Shown here piece after piece: positions 37,528 through 46,640 of a stretch of 64,000 bases of DNA (position 1 is the stretch's first letter; every line of letters begins with the position of its first letter). The position numbers and the translations under genes were made by a program. Where the stretch lies: contig JBBQFM010000015.1 of NCBI GenBank assembly GCA_038321975.1, positions 5,786 to 69,785 of the forward strand, written 5' to 3'. The notes below the pieces were generated by a model, which did no database searches, had not been told where the DNA came from, and was given only the letters and a program-made list of their open reading frames with translations. This DNA is from Fimbriimonadales bacterium. Lineage in GTDB: Bacteria; Armatimonadota; Fimbriimonadia; Fimbriimonadales; Fimbriimonadaceae.

Positions 37528-37664
37528 GTAGCGTCGGCGCCCTCGCCGATGGGCGTTGCACGATCAAACCTTTGCCTTCGAAGGTCCTATACCTGTGGCT
37601 GGGGATATCTCCGTAGATAGATGCTCGATCGTGCAGCGCTCATCGGCGGGGGCGCCGACCCTAC
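37528..37664. repeat. GTAG-type REP doublet (REPIN-like)
   Basis: GTAGCGTCGGCGCCCTCGCCGATG (37528-37551) and CATCGGCGGGGGCGCCGACCCTAC (37641-37664), 22/24 inverted match. Confidence 0.8.
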
Positions 37665-37716
37665 GGTTGGGCTGTCTCTAAGTCTGCGCTTCCTGTAAAA
37701 TCAACTCCTCTTAACA

Positions 37717-38328
37717 ATGGCCAAGACCTCTTCCAGCAAAGACAAACTCGGGAAGCTCACGGTGGTGTGCGGAAGCATGTTCGCGGGGAAGAGTGAGGAG
37801 CTCATTCGGTTGGCGAGGCGGTCGCTGTACGCGAAGAAGATCGTGCAGGTGTTCAAGCCGGAGATCGACGTTCGGTACGACCAGACGATGGTGGTGACCC
37901 ATATGGGGGTGAAGCACGAGGCGTTGCCGGTCAAGAATGTTCGAGATCTGAAGGCGAAGGTGCGCAAGGACGCCGACGTAATCCTCATTGAGGAAGCTCA
38001 GTTTTTCGACGACTCGATCGTCGAATTCGTAGTGAGTCTGGCGGACAGCGGGGTGGAAGTGATCTGTGCGGGGCTGGATCAGGATTTTCGGCGTGAACCG
38101 TTTGGGCCGATGCCGTCACTGATGTCAGTAGCGGACGAAGTGGTCAAGTTGCGTGCGATCTGTATGAAGTGCGGGCGGCCAGCGAGCCACACGTATCGAC
38201 AGATCGACGGCAAGCCGGCGCACCGGGACGACCCGATTATCTTGATCGGGGCGACTGAATCTTACGAGGCTCGGTGTCGGCGGTGTTACAAACTTCGGAG
38301 CTCTAAGGTTAAGGGAAATGAGGGCTAA
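37717..38328 (+). CDS. tdk: Thymidine kinase
   Basis: GSMFAGKSEEL, VFKPEIDVRY, ILIEEAQFF, GLDQDFRREPFG, CMKC...ARCRRC. Confidence 0.95.
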   Translation: MAKTSSSKDKLGKLTVVCGSMFAGKSEELIRLARRSLYAKKIVQVFKPEIDVRYDQTMVVTHMGVKHEALPVKNVRDLKAKVRKDADVILIEEAQFFDDSIVEFVVSLADSGVEVICAGLDQDFRREPFGPMPSLMSVADEVVKLRAICMKCGRPASHTYRQIDGKPAHRDDPIILIGATESYEARCRRCYKLRSSKVKGNEG

Positions 38329-38759
38329 ATCCGCCTTCGCACTTCTCATTGTCAACTTGACCGCTTGCTCCAGCCCTCCGGCGACGCCTGCTCTTGGGCC
38401 TAAGTCGCCCTACGTGGGCAACTACGTCGGATGGATGCCAAAAGCGAAGTCTTATCAATCTACGGGAATGGGGGAAGCAGACAGCCCGCACCTTTATGCT
38501 GCGTCGAGACAGCACCTTCATCTATGAAACTCATGCGAAAGGGAAGATCTCGGTTGACCAGGTGGTGAAGGGGAAGTGGACCGAGAAAGACGGCCGAATC
38601 AATATGAGTGGCGAGTCCGCAGCGACCAAGGATCATCCGGGCGGGATCGTTGTCTTCGAATACAAGGTCACCGACGCGGGGCTCTACGCGGAGAAGGGCG
38701 GATTTCAGATTTGGTTTCGGCGAGAAGGAACGGGGCCACCGAAGCTAGGGAAGCCCTAG
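38318..38759 (+). pseudogene. Lipoprotein with an apparent +1 frameshift (or sequence error)
   Basis: Lipobox LTAC in 38318..38527; the body continues in the +1 frame (ORF 38394..38759). Span 442 nt = 3n+1; A4 run at 38440-38443. Confidence 0.6.
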
Positions 38760-39442
38760 AATTTCGTCAGCTTGAACTCCGCCTTTGCCTCTGGCGCGTC
38801 CTCGTCGATTTTCACGCCGGTTACGTTGGCGTCGAGCTTGAAGAGGGCGAAGTCGGTGGGGTCTAGCCAGAAGTTGCCGCCGCCTTTCACCTTGCCGGGC
38901 GCCGTCTCTTTGTACGAGAAGCTGATGTGGGTGTGGTCCTTGTCGGAGCCCATCAGGCGATAGACGAGAGTGGCGCCGTTTCGCTTGATCTTCTCGTTCG
39001 GCTTGATCTCCTTGGTCCACGTATCGCCGACCTTCACCGGTTTCGGCGGAGTCGCGAGGTCGGTGATGGCGGAGAGGACTTCACTTACCTTGTCCTCCGG
39101 CTGATCGACGGGCGCGCCGATTCGGTCTCCGTGAGCGTTGTACTTCTCGATCTCGGGCTTGTCGGAGGGGCTCTTCGTCTCGGTGTCGCCGATTTTGATC
39201 GTGACGTTGGTGGTCGAGACCTCGAGATTGTAGTCACCGTTCGCTGCCACTTCCATCACCTTCACATTCAGGTCCGAGGCGAGCTTGGCGGGCGTGCCGG
39301 GAGTATTGATGTCGACGGTGACGTGGTACCGATACTCGGTGCCCTTGACGGGCTTCCAGATCAGGTCATACGTCTTGTCGCCTTGGCCCGCGAGGGCGGT
39401 GGCGGCTACCGTGAGTAGCAGTAAAGAGCGGAGCGCCTTCAT
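38756..39442 (-). CDS. Exported DUF6263-like beta-sheet protein
   Basis: Start trimmed to MKALRSLLLL (ATGA overlap). LIWKPVKGTEYRY and PPKPVKVGDTW resemble the 6269 protein. Confidence 0.75.
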   Translation of the reverse strand: MKALRSLLLLTVAATALAGQGDKTYDLIWKPVKGTEYRYHVTVDINTPGTPAKLASDLNVKVMEVAANGDYNLEVSTTNVTIKIGDTETKSPSDKPEIEKYNAHGDRIGAPVDQPEDKVSEVLSAITDLATPPKPVKVGDTWTKEIKPNEKIKRNGATLVYRLMGSDKDHTHISFSYKETAPGKVKGGGNFWLDPTDFALFKLDANVTGVKIDEDAPEAKAEFKLTKF

Positions 39443-40140
39443 TTCTCTCGGGTTAGGGTTAGCACGGCGTCGATCGGGTTGATGCTGCCCGGAACCGTCA
39501 CGTGGGTCCACTTGTATTCGGATTTGACGGTTGTGCCGTCGGTCTTATCGAGCCAGAGCGTTCGGTCGTTGGTTGCGGAGTCGGCACCGTCGTTCTCTTT
39601 GATCAGCGAGTGGAGCTTGATCGTGTCGTAGCCGTCCACTTTCTCCTCGCCGAGCACCTTGTACTCCGCTTTGTACGGGACGGCGCCGGTTTGGGTGTTG
39701 GCTTTGAAGTCGCGCGTCCATCCGTCGCCGACGTTGACCGGTTTGCCCGGGTCGATCACCGCGCTCAGGTTGCTCATACGATAAGCGTAGGGGGAGGCGG
39801 TGGGGCCGATGTTGGATACTTCTCCGTTCGCGTGATAGGTGATCTCTTTGGGAGAAGGGGCATTTGCGGTGGGATCCTTCTTGCCGTTTATTTCTTTCTC
39901 GAGTTCGGTTTGGGTGATCGTGTAGTCCCCGTTGGCGGCGATCTTCGAGGTCTTTTCTTCGGTGAGGATCTTGGCGTTAAATTTCTGCCCACCCCCGAAA
40001 TCGATCTGAATGGCGGTCCGATATTTGATCGTCTGGCCTTCCTTGGGAACGTATCGAACCGTGAACCCCTCGAGAGATGCCGCAGTGGCGGCGGCAACGA
40101 TCAACACGGAAAGGCCGGCAATTGAGAGCTTTTTGTTCAT
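39439..40140 (-). CDS. Exported DUF6263-like beta-sheet protein (tandem paralog)
   Basis: Start trimmed to MNKKLSIAG; VRYVPKEGQTIKY and PGKPVNVGDGW. Confidence 0.75.
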   Translation of the reverse strand: MNKKLSIAGLSVLIVAAATAASLEGFTVRYVPKEGQTIKYRTAIQIDFGGGQKFNAKILTEEKTSKIAANGDYTITQTELEKEINGKKDPTANAPSPKEITYHANGEVSNIGPTASPYAYRMSNLSAVIDPGKPVNVGDGWTRDFKANTQTGAVPYKAEYKVLGEEKVDGYDTIKLHSLIKENDGADSATNDRTLWLDKTDGTTVKSEYKWTHVTVPGSINPIDAVLTLTREK

Positions 40141-40210
40141 AACGCGCAGTCCCGCCAGTTTACTGGGGTCAGTTATTTTACGATTGGGAGGGGGGGAGCG
40201 TTTCCTATCG

Positions 40211-40337
40211 GGGCGCAGGGCACCGGGCACAGGGCACAGGATCGGTTTCTCGGCGGGCTAAATTCAAAGTGATTCTCGGAGGTTCTTGTGAGTCGACAAA
40301 TCGACCCTGTGCCCTGCACCCCGTTCCCTGCTCCCTG
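40211..40337. repeat. Inverted heptamer arrays (GGGCACA-type) enclosing about 64 nt
   Basis: GGGCGCA GGGCACC GGGCACA GGGCACA at 40211-40238; TGTGCCC TGCACCC CGTTCCC TGCTCCC at 40308-40335. Confidence 0.8.
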
Positions 40338-40356
40338 ATGAGTACACTTTAAGACC

Positions 40357-41385
40357 GTGAAAGCCATTGCCAAGACGCGGCCCGAGCCTGGCGTCGAGAT
40401 CATTGACGCGCCTGAGCCCCAGGTTGGTCCTGGACAAGTTAAGATTCGCCTTGAGGCCGCTTCGGTCTGCGGCACCGACCTCCACATTTACAACTGGGAT
40501 GGTTGGTCTTCCTCTCGAATTCTCCCTCCTCGCATTATCGGCCATGAGTTCTGCGGGACGATCGTCGAAGTTGGTGAGGGCGTTAACGATCGCAAGGTCG
40601 GCGACTTTGTTTCCAGCGAATCGCATATCGTCTGCGGGCATTGCCGGCAGTGTGTCAGCGGCCAGGGACACGTCTGCGTGAACACGCGAATCTTGGGCGT
40701 GGACGTGGATGGCGGCTTTGCAGAGTTCGCGGTGATTCCGGAAGCGAATGCCAGGCTGACCGACCGGTCGATTCCGAAGGAAATTGCGGCCTTTCAGGAT
40801 GCGTTGGGCAACGCGGTGCATACCGTGATGGCCGGTCCTGTGAAGGACCAGACGATTTTGATCACCGGCATGGGGCCAATTGGTCTCTTCGCGGTTTCGA
40901 TCTGCAAGGCGCTTGGCGCGGCGAAAGTGATCGTCACCGAAGTCAGCCCGTATCGGATCGACCTCGCCAAGCAGGTCGGCGCGGATGTCATCTTGTCGCC
41001 CAAAGATGGCGATCTCGCCTCGCTCATCGAAGCGGCATGTCCGGGGGGAGTCGATGGCACACTCGAGATGTCAGGGCATCCTTCGCAGCTTGAGCTCGCG
41101 GTGACGAGCACGCGGCCTGGCGGGCGGATTTCGTTGCTGGGCGTCTACGCGGAGTCTCGCCAGGCGATCGATATCAACAGCGTGATTTTCAAGGGGATCG
41201 ACATGCAGGGCATCGTGGGTCGGCGGCTTTGGCAGACTTGGGATCAGATGGCGGAGCTTTTGGGTTCGGGCAAGCTGAATCTGGCTCCGGTGATTACCCA
41301 TAAGATGCACTACACCGAATTCCAGAAGGCGATGGAATTGATGAAGGCGGGTCAGGCCGGCAAGGTTGTGTTTACGTTCGAGTAA
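40357..41385 (+). CDS. tdh: L-threonine 3-dehydrogenase
   Basis: VCGTDLHIYNW, IIGHEF, ESHIVCGHCRQC..G..HVC, DALGNAVHTV, GAAKVI. Confidence 0.92.
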   Translation: MKAIAKTRPEPGVEIIDAPEPQVGPGQVKIRLEAASVCGTDLHIYNWDGWSSSRILPPRIIGHEFCGTIVEVGEGVNDRKVGDFVSSESHIVCGHCRQCVSGQGHVCVNTRILGVDVDGGFAEFAVIPEANARLTDRSIPKEIAAFQDALGNAVHTVMAGPVKDQTILITGMGPIGLFAVSICKALGAAKVIVTEVSPYRIDLAKQVGADVILSPKDGDLASLIEAACPGGVDGTLEMSGHPSQLELAVTSTRPGGRISLLGVYAESRQAIDINSVIFKGIDMQGIVGRRLWQTWDQMAELLGSGKLNLAPVITHKMHYTEFQKAMELMKAGQAGKVVFTFE

Positions 41386-41429
41386 TTGAACTCGAATGAA
41401 GCTGAAATCGTGGCCGTATAATAATTGGT

Positions 41430-41630
41430 ATGAGCACCGTCCGGGAGATCGAACAAGCGGTCCAATCACTTACGCCAGATCGCTTAGCGGAATTTCGTGC
41501 TTGGTTTGCCGAATACGACGCGGGTCAGTGGGACAGTCAAATTGCCCGCGATGCAGCGGCAGGAAAGCTTGAAGCGCTTGCTGAAGAGGCCATCGGCGAC
41601 TTCAGATCAGGCCAGTCCCGGGCTCTGTGA
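41430..41630 (+). CDS. Putative antitoxin of a RelE/ParE-like TA pair
   Basis: MSTVREIEQAVQSL...WF...WDSQI.RDAAAGKL..LAEEA; GTGA overlap with the downstream toxin-like frame. Confidence 0.75.
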   Translation: MSTVREIEQAVQSLTPDRLAEFRAWFAEYDAGQWDSQIARDAAAGKLEALAEEAIGDFRSGQSRAL

Positions 41631-41869
41631 CGCATCACTCTTCGCGCAGGTTTTGGCAACATTACGATGCTCTACCTGCAGAGGTACGAGAGCTCGCAGA
41701 TTGATGCTATTCGACGCTCAAGTCGGACTCCCAGCACCCTTCCCTCCACTTTAAAAGCACCGGGCGTTTTTGGTCGGCCAGAGTCGGCCTGCACTACCGA
41801 GCGTTGGCGATCAGAGAAGGAGAAAACTGGATTTGGACACATGCCGATTACGACCGTTTGATCGACTAG
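41627..41869 (+). pseudogene. Inactivated RelE/ParE-like toxin
   Basis: Hand translation: VTHHSSRRFWQHYDALPAEVRELAD*CYSTLKSDSQHPSLHFK...WSARVGLHYRALA...WIWTHADYDRL, with in-frame TGA at 41702-41704. Confidence 0.8.
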
Positions 41870-41929
41870 CTAGCCCTCGGAAAGGCACCCCCCAAACTTC
41901 GCGATGCGATGCCCGGTACACTCTGCCGC

Positions 41930-43765
41930 ATGAAAGTCGCCGCGCTTCCCTTCAACGCTGCCGAAGGGACGAAACCTGCCTACGGACGTCAGTTCTCTGC
42001 TTTTGCTGCTGAGCAATTAAGAGCCCATGCGGGCGCTGAGATCAACTCCGTTAGCTTCCTCACCCAGACCCAGGAGGAAGGCGGGACGCGGATGGCGTTC
42101 GTGAACATTGCGGATGACCTCCTGCCATACGATCAGCTCAAGGACTTGTTTGAGCAGGCCGATGTCGAGCTGGTAATGGATGGCCTCCTTAAGGAGACGG
42201 AAACCGGCTTCGAACTCACCAAGAGGTTTCATGTCAAGGGCAGCGAAGAGCCGGTCCTCCTCGAGACCGACACCTTCGCAAAGAGCGAGCTTTTCGTCCA
42301 GCTCCAGAAGGTGATCAAGACTCTCGCCGCTCAGGCAAAAATCGATCTTCCCGAACTCCTCGCCGGCGACACGATGGAGTTTGGTACGGACAGCCCTACG
42401 GCGTTCCTCAACTTCTTGGAAGGCTACGATGCGCTGAACTATATTCAGCAGGCCAACGGCGCGGTTTCGCTTCAGTTCTCGCCCGAAGGCTCGATCAACG
42501 CGCTTCTCTCGGCGATTGAAGAGGACACCGAATTCGACGGACCCTATCAGGTGCTCGTCCAGCTTGCCCGAGCGTGTGCGCACTACCGAATTGGCAACTT
42601 CGAGATGCTGGAGTCGGCGCTCCAGAAAGCGGTTCAGTTGGTTCCCGACGAGTATCCCGGCTACTTCGGCTTGGGCGAGGTCTATCAGTCGGTCAACGAT
42701 TTTGGAAAGGCAGCCGAGTACTTCGAGAAGGCGGTTGCGCTTGAGCCCGAGGATCCCGCTCTCTACACTCGGTTGGGGATCGCTCAGATGTCGAGCGGCA
42801 TGCCGGTCAACGCAGAGCGAAACTACCGAAAGGCGATGTCGCTGGAGGGAGACGACAAGCCCTCGGCCGACTACTTGGCCACCGTCCTGCTCCAGACGAA
42901 CCGACCGCACGAGGTTCCTGCTCTTTGGAAGGGCCTGATCGACCAGAATCCGCAGAACGCCCAGGCTCACGCCAAGTACGCGATATCGCTGGTCCAGGCG
43001 GGGAAGGAAGCAGAAGGCGAGAAAGCGTTCGAGAACGCGCTCGAGACCCTCGAAGACAATGCGATCGTCAAGCGATACTACGCGCCGATGCTCGCTCAGA
43101 AAGGCGAGTTCGATCGCGCCATGGATTTCTATGAGGACTGCATCGACTTTGCTCCGAACGACGTGCAGCTTCTGGGCGAGTATGCCCAGACCCTGGAGGC
43201 GGCTGGCCGAGAGTTCGAGGTTCCGCAGGTTCTCAAGAACCTCCTGGCGAGCAACCCTGATCCGAACACTCGGGCAAACGCACTGGCTCGCCTTATCGAG
43301 CTTGAGCAGCCGAAGCGCGCGGAGAACGTGGAAGGCGCCCGCCAGAAGATGGAAGCCGAGGACTTCGCTGGTGCCGTTCAGATCCTCAAACCGATGCGAA
43401 ACTGGCTGGCCGACTACTGGAAGCTTTGGGCTCTCCTGAGCTCGGCTTACAATCGCCTTGAGCAGTACGCAGAGGGTGAAGAGGCGGCGCGAAGGCTGCT
43501 TGAACTTTTCCCGGGCTATGAGCCGGGCTACGGCGAGCTAGCATCCGCCCTCAGCGGACAGGGCCGCCACGAAGAGGCGTATCAGTTCCTGCGGTTCGCC
43601 GCCGCGAACAACAGCTCTTCGCTGCCCATTCACATCAATCTCGGACTCGCCGCCCACCGCGCCGGCCACATCGATGAGGCGAAGGCGTTGGCCAAACAGA
43701 TTCGAGAGGCGATCGGCCCGAACGAGGAGTTGGATCCGGTGCTGACCGAGATGGAGAAAGACTGA
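41930..43765 (+). CDS. Cytoplasmic multi-TPR protein
   Basis: MKVAALPF N-terminal domain followed by many TPRs (e.g. YFGLGEVY...AAEYFEKAVALEPED). Confidence 0.85.
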   Translation: MKVAALPFNAAEGTKPAYGRQFSAFAAEQLRAHAGAEINSVSFLTQTQEEGGTRMAFVNIADDLLPYDQLKDLFEQADVELVMDGLLKETETGFELTKRFHVKGSEEPVLLETDTFAKSELFVQLQKVIKTLAAQAKIDLPELLAGDTMEFGTDSPTAFLNFLEGYDALNYIQQANGAVSLQFSPEGSINALLSAIEEDTEFDGPYQVLVQLARACAHYRIGNFEMLESALQKAVQLVPDEYPGYFGLGEVYQSVNDFGKAAEYFEKAVALEPEDPALYTRLGIAQMSSGMPVNAERNYRKAMSLEGDDKPSADYLATVLLQTNRPHEVPALWKGLIDQNPQNAQAHAKYAISLVQAGKEAEGEKAFENALETLEDNAIVKRYYAPMLAQKGEFDRAMDFYEDCIDFAPNDVQLLGEYAQTLEAAGREFEVPQVLKNLLASNPDPNTRANALARLIELEQPKRAENVEGARQKMEAEDFAGAVQILKPMRNWLADYWKLWALLSSAYNRLEQYAEGEEAARRLLELFPGYEPGYGELASALSGQGRHEEAYQFLRFAAANNSSSLPIHINLGLAAHRAGHIDEAKALAKQIREAIGPNEELDPVLTEMEKD

Positions 43766-43824
43766 GCTAATGCAATTCCGGGTGCACCATAACGCGCCCG
43801 GGCTTACAATCGTATTTGACTGAG

Positions 43825-44436
43825 ATGGCCAAACCCGAGCGAAACGCGCCGATCTGGGTTAAGTTCTTTGTCCTCTTCCACGTGATCGCCATCACGGTGT
43901 GGGCGCTGCCTCAGCCACCGGACACCAAGAAGACAGATCGTCTACCTTGGTACAACACTCAGCGACTGCTCGTTTTTAACCAGGAGCATCTGCACAACTT
44001 CCCGCTGATCTCCGACTACGTTTTGGTCACTGGGTTCTGGCAGTACTGGGATATGTTCGCGCCGAACCCGGTTCAGCGTGACCAGTGGTGTGACGCCGAC
44101 GTGGTTTACAAGAACGGCCAGACGAAGAAGTATCAATATCCCCGGATATTCGACTTGCCGATCCCCACGAAGTACATCAAAGAGCGGTATCGCAAGTTCT
44201 ACGAGCGAGCTCAGGACAGCAACTATGCCTTCCTGTGGGCTCGCTCAGCTCAAAATATTGCCTTACTGAACTACGACGATCCCAATAATCCGCCCGTCGA
44301 GATCCGAATGCACCGGCACTACCAGTGGGTCGCCGCACCCGGAAAGCTGCAGGCGAAGGACTACGGGGATGAAAACTATTTCAACTACACCGTCGATCAG
44401 AAGCGCCTGAAGGCGGAAAAGGCGGAGCCTCTTTGA
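43825..44436 (+). CDS. SdpA/DUF5819-like membrane-anchored protein
   Basis: N-terminal TM helix and the WQYWDMFAPNP motif; overlaps the HTTM gene. Confidence 0.7.
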   Translation: MAKPERNAPIWVKFFVLFHVIAITVWALPQPPDTKKTDRLPWYNTQRLLVFNQEHLHNFPLISDYVLVTGFWQYWDMFAPNPVQRDQWCDADVVYKNGQTKKYQYPRIFDLPIPTKYIKERYRKFYERAQDSNYAFLWARSAQNIALLNYDDPNNPPVEIRMHRHYQWVAAPGKLQAKDYGDENYFNYTVDQKRLKAEKAEPL

Positions 44437-45683
44437 GCAAGCCGCAGCCTGAGGAGAGCGTTCTTCGTGCCTTGGATCGATATTGGTTCGACAAGGGTTC
44501 GGCCACCACGATGGGTGTGTTTCGGATCTTCATGGGAACGCTGTCCTTCATCAACCTCCTGCTGATGCTATTTGATTGGGACGCCTGGTTCAGCGAAAAA
44601 GGATTCCTCCCCTCGTGGATCGGTGCGATGTTTCTGCCTCCCACGATTCATGTCGTGAACGTGCCGTTCTGGCCTCATGGCGTACCGATCTCCAGGTTGA
44701 ACGTGTTGAGCGGGATCTCCGACCCGCGCGTCGAGCTGGCGTTCTATCTGTTCCTCATCGTGTGCTCCATTTTCACCACGATCGGCCTGTGGACCCGCGC
44801 CTCCTCCCTGCTACTCGCGATCGGAATGGTCTCCTTGCACCATCGAGATGCGGCGCTCCTCCACGGTGGCGACACCGTTCTTCGGGTCTGCATCCTGTAC
44901 ATGGCGATTGGCCCGTTTGGGCGAGCTTGCTCGGTAGATCGCCTTATTCGGCTTTGGAAGGGCAAGGAACCGAGCGGGCCTGTCTTGGTGTCCTTGTGGC
45001 CGCAACGGCTGATCTGTTATAACGTCGCCCTCATCTACTTCACCACGGTTTGGCTCAAGAGCTTCGGCGGCCTTTGGAAGAACGGGACCGCAACTTGGTA
45101 TCCGGCTCGTCTCAACGAGTTCCACCGCTTCCCGGTTCCGGATTTCATGAACAACATTCCGATGGTTTATGTGACGACCTACGGAACGTTGGTGACGGAA
45201 CTCTCCCTCGCCACCCTGGTGTTCTTCAAGCCGTTCCGCAAGTACGCGCTCCTCGGCGGCATCATGATGCACGCTTTCATCGAGTACAGCATGAACATTC
45301 CGCTGTTCTCGTACCTGATGGCGGCGATGTACATTTGCTTTTACGAGGGCGAAGAGGTGTCGGGTTGGTTCGAGAGGCTGGGAAGACGGTTTACGAAGTG
45401 GCATGCCACGATTCGCCTTCCCCACGACACCCGACTCAAGCCCCAATCTCTCGCGATTTTGGATGCGGTTGACCCGTTCAAGGTCGTGACTTACCTACCT
45501 GGTGACACTTCTGAGTGGGGAACTGAGTCAGGTGGCGATCCGATGCGCGTCTCTTGGACGCACAGTTTGGGCGCGTGGACCTTTGGCTGGATCCCCGGGT
45601 TGTGGAGGAAGCTGCTCACGAATTCGATTGAGCCGATTGCGGTGACCGAGCCCGCTCCCGTGAAGGAGCGAGTGAAACAATGA
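44433..45683 (+). CDS. HTTM-domain (SdpB / vitamin K-dependent carboxylase-like) membrane protein
   Basis: GVFRIFMG, HGGDTVLR, CSVDRL, LIYFTTVWLK..G.LW.NGTA, YGTLVTEL, MHAFIEYSM.IPLFSYLM. Confidence 0.85.
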   Translation: MSKPQPEESVLRALDRYWFDKGSATTMGVFRIFMGTLSFINLLLMLFDWDAWFSEKGFLPSWIGAMFLPPTIHVVNVPFWPHGVPISRLNVLSGISDPRVELAFYLFLIVCSIFTTIGLWTRASSLLLAIGMVSLHHRDAALLHGGDTVLRVCILYMAIGPFGRACSVDRLIRLWKGKEPSGPVLVSLWPQRLICYNVALIYFTTVWLKSFGGLWKNGTATWYPARLNEFHRFPVPDFMNNIPMVYVTTYGTLVTELSLATLVFFKPFRKYALLGGIMMHAFIEYSMNIPLFSYLMAAMYICFYEGEEVSGWFERLGRRFTKWHATIRLPHDTRLKPQSLAILDAVDPFKVVTYLPGDTSEWGTESGGDPMRVSWTHSLGAWTFGWIPGLWRKLLTNSIEPIAVTEPAPVKERVKQ

Positions 45684-46462
45684 TCGCCGCCCAGTTCTAC
45701 ACCCTTCGAGAATTCACCAAGACGGGACCTGGTTTCCGCGATTGTCTTCGCAAGGTCTCGGAGATGGGTTACACGGGCGTTCAGCTATCGGCCGTCGGCT
45801 GCATGAACGGAGACGACCCCGAGGTGAGCGCCGCTCTGGCGCGTGAGTGGCTCGACGAATATCGCCTGAAGTGCGTGGCCACCCACCGGAACTGGCAAGA
45901 TCTCGCTCGCAAGACCCACGAGGAAATTGAGTTTCACCACACCCTCGGCTGTGACTACACCGCCATTGGCGGGCTCAGCTCGGACTATGGCGACGGCATC
46001 GAGGGATTTCGTCGCTTCCTTCGCGACTCGGCTCCGGTGATCACTCGATTGAAAGCAGATGGCATCCGATTCGGATATCACAATCACGCTCACGAGTTCA
46101 TTCGGGAGAACCGCGGTGGCCCCACCCACTACGATTTATTCATCGCGGAAGGCGGGCCGGATTTCTATTTGGAGATCGACACCTACTGGGTCAACCACGC
46201 AGGGGTGGGGGTCGCTGAGCTGTTCGAGCGGTGCCACGGTCGTGTGCCGGTGATCCATGTGAAGGATAAAGAAGTCGTGCCCGGTGACGGTCCCGTGATG
46301 GCGCCAGTTGGCGAGGGGAACCTGCCCTGGGATGGGATTCTGGCCGCTTGTAAGGCGGCGGGAGTCGAGTGGTATGTGGTCGAGCAAGACACCTATCGCC
46401 GAGATCCGTTCGACTGTCTCGAGTCGAGCTTTGGGTATCTCGCCAAAAAGCTTGGTGTCTGA
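45680..46462 (+). CDS. Sugar phosphate isomerase/epimerase (xylose-isomerase-like TIM barrel)
   Basis: [40 protein letters not shown]. Confidence 0.9.
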   Translation: MIAAQFYTLREFTKTGPGFRDCLRKVSEMGYTGVQLSAVGCMNGDDPEVSAALAREWLDEYRLKCVATHRNWQDLARKTHEEIEFHHTLGCDYTAIGGLSSDYGDGIEGFRRFLRDSAPVITRLKADGIRFGYHNHAHEFIRENRGGPTHYDLFIAEGGPDFYLEIDTYWVNHAGVGVAELFERCHGRVPVIHVKDKEVVPGDGPVMAPVGEGNLPWDGILAACKAAGVEWYVVEQDTYRRDPFDCLESSFGYLAKKLGV

Positions 46463-46485
46463 GAAAGTACAATAGCGCTTGCCGC

Positions 46486-46573
<88 letters not shown>

Positions 46574-46587
46574 ATATTTTTAGGGTT

Positions 46588-46610
46588 CTGGAGATGGTTC
46601 CCGTTTCGAC
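46588..46610. repeat. Family A repeat remnant
   Basis: TCTGGAGATGGTTCCCGTTTCG matches the GGAGATGGTTCCCCTTTCC module. Confidence 0.55.
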
Positions 46611-46640
46611 AGGGTAACCGATGGGGGGCTCTGTAGCCAA

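Noticed and set aside
41702-41704. In-frame TGA in the toxin as selenocysteine or programmed readthrough
   Set aside because: The position is not a Cys-type catalytic site, I see no SECIS-like hairpin, and the gene shows further decay.
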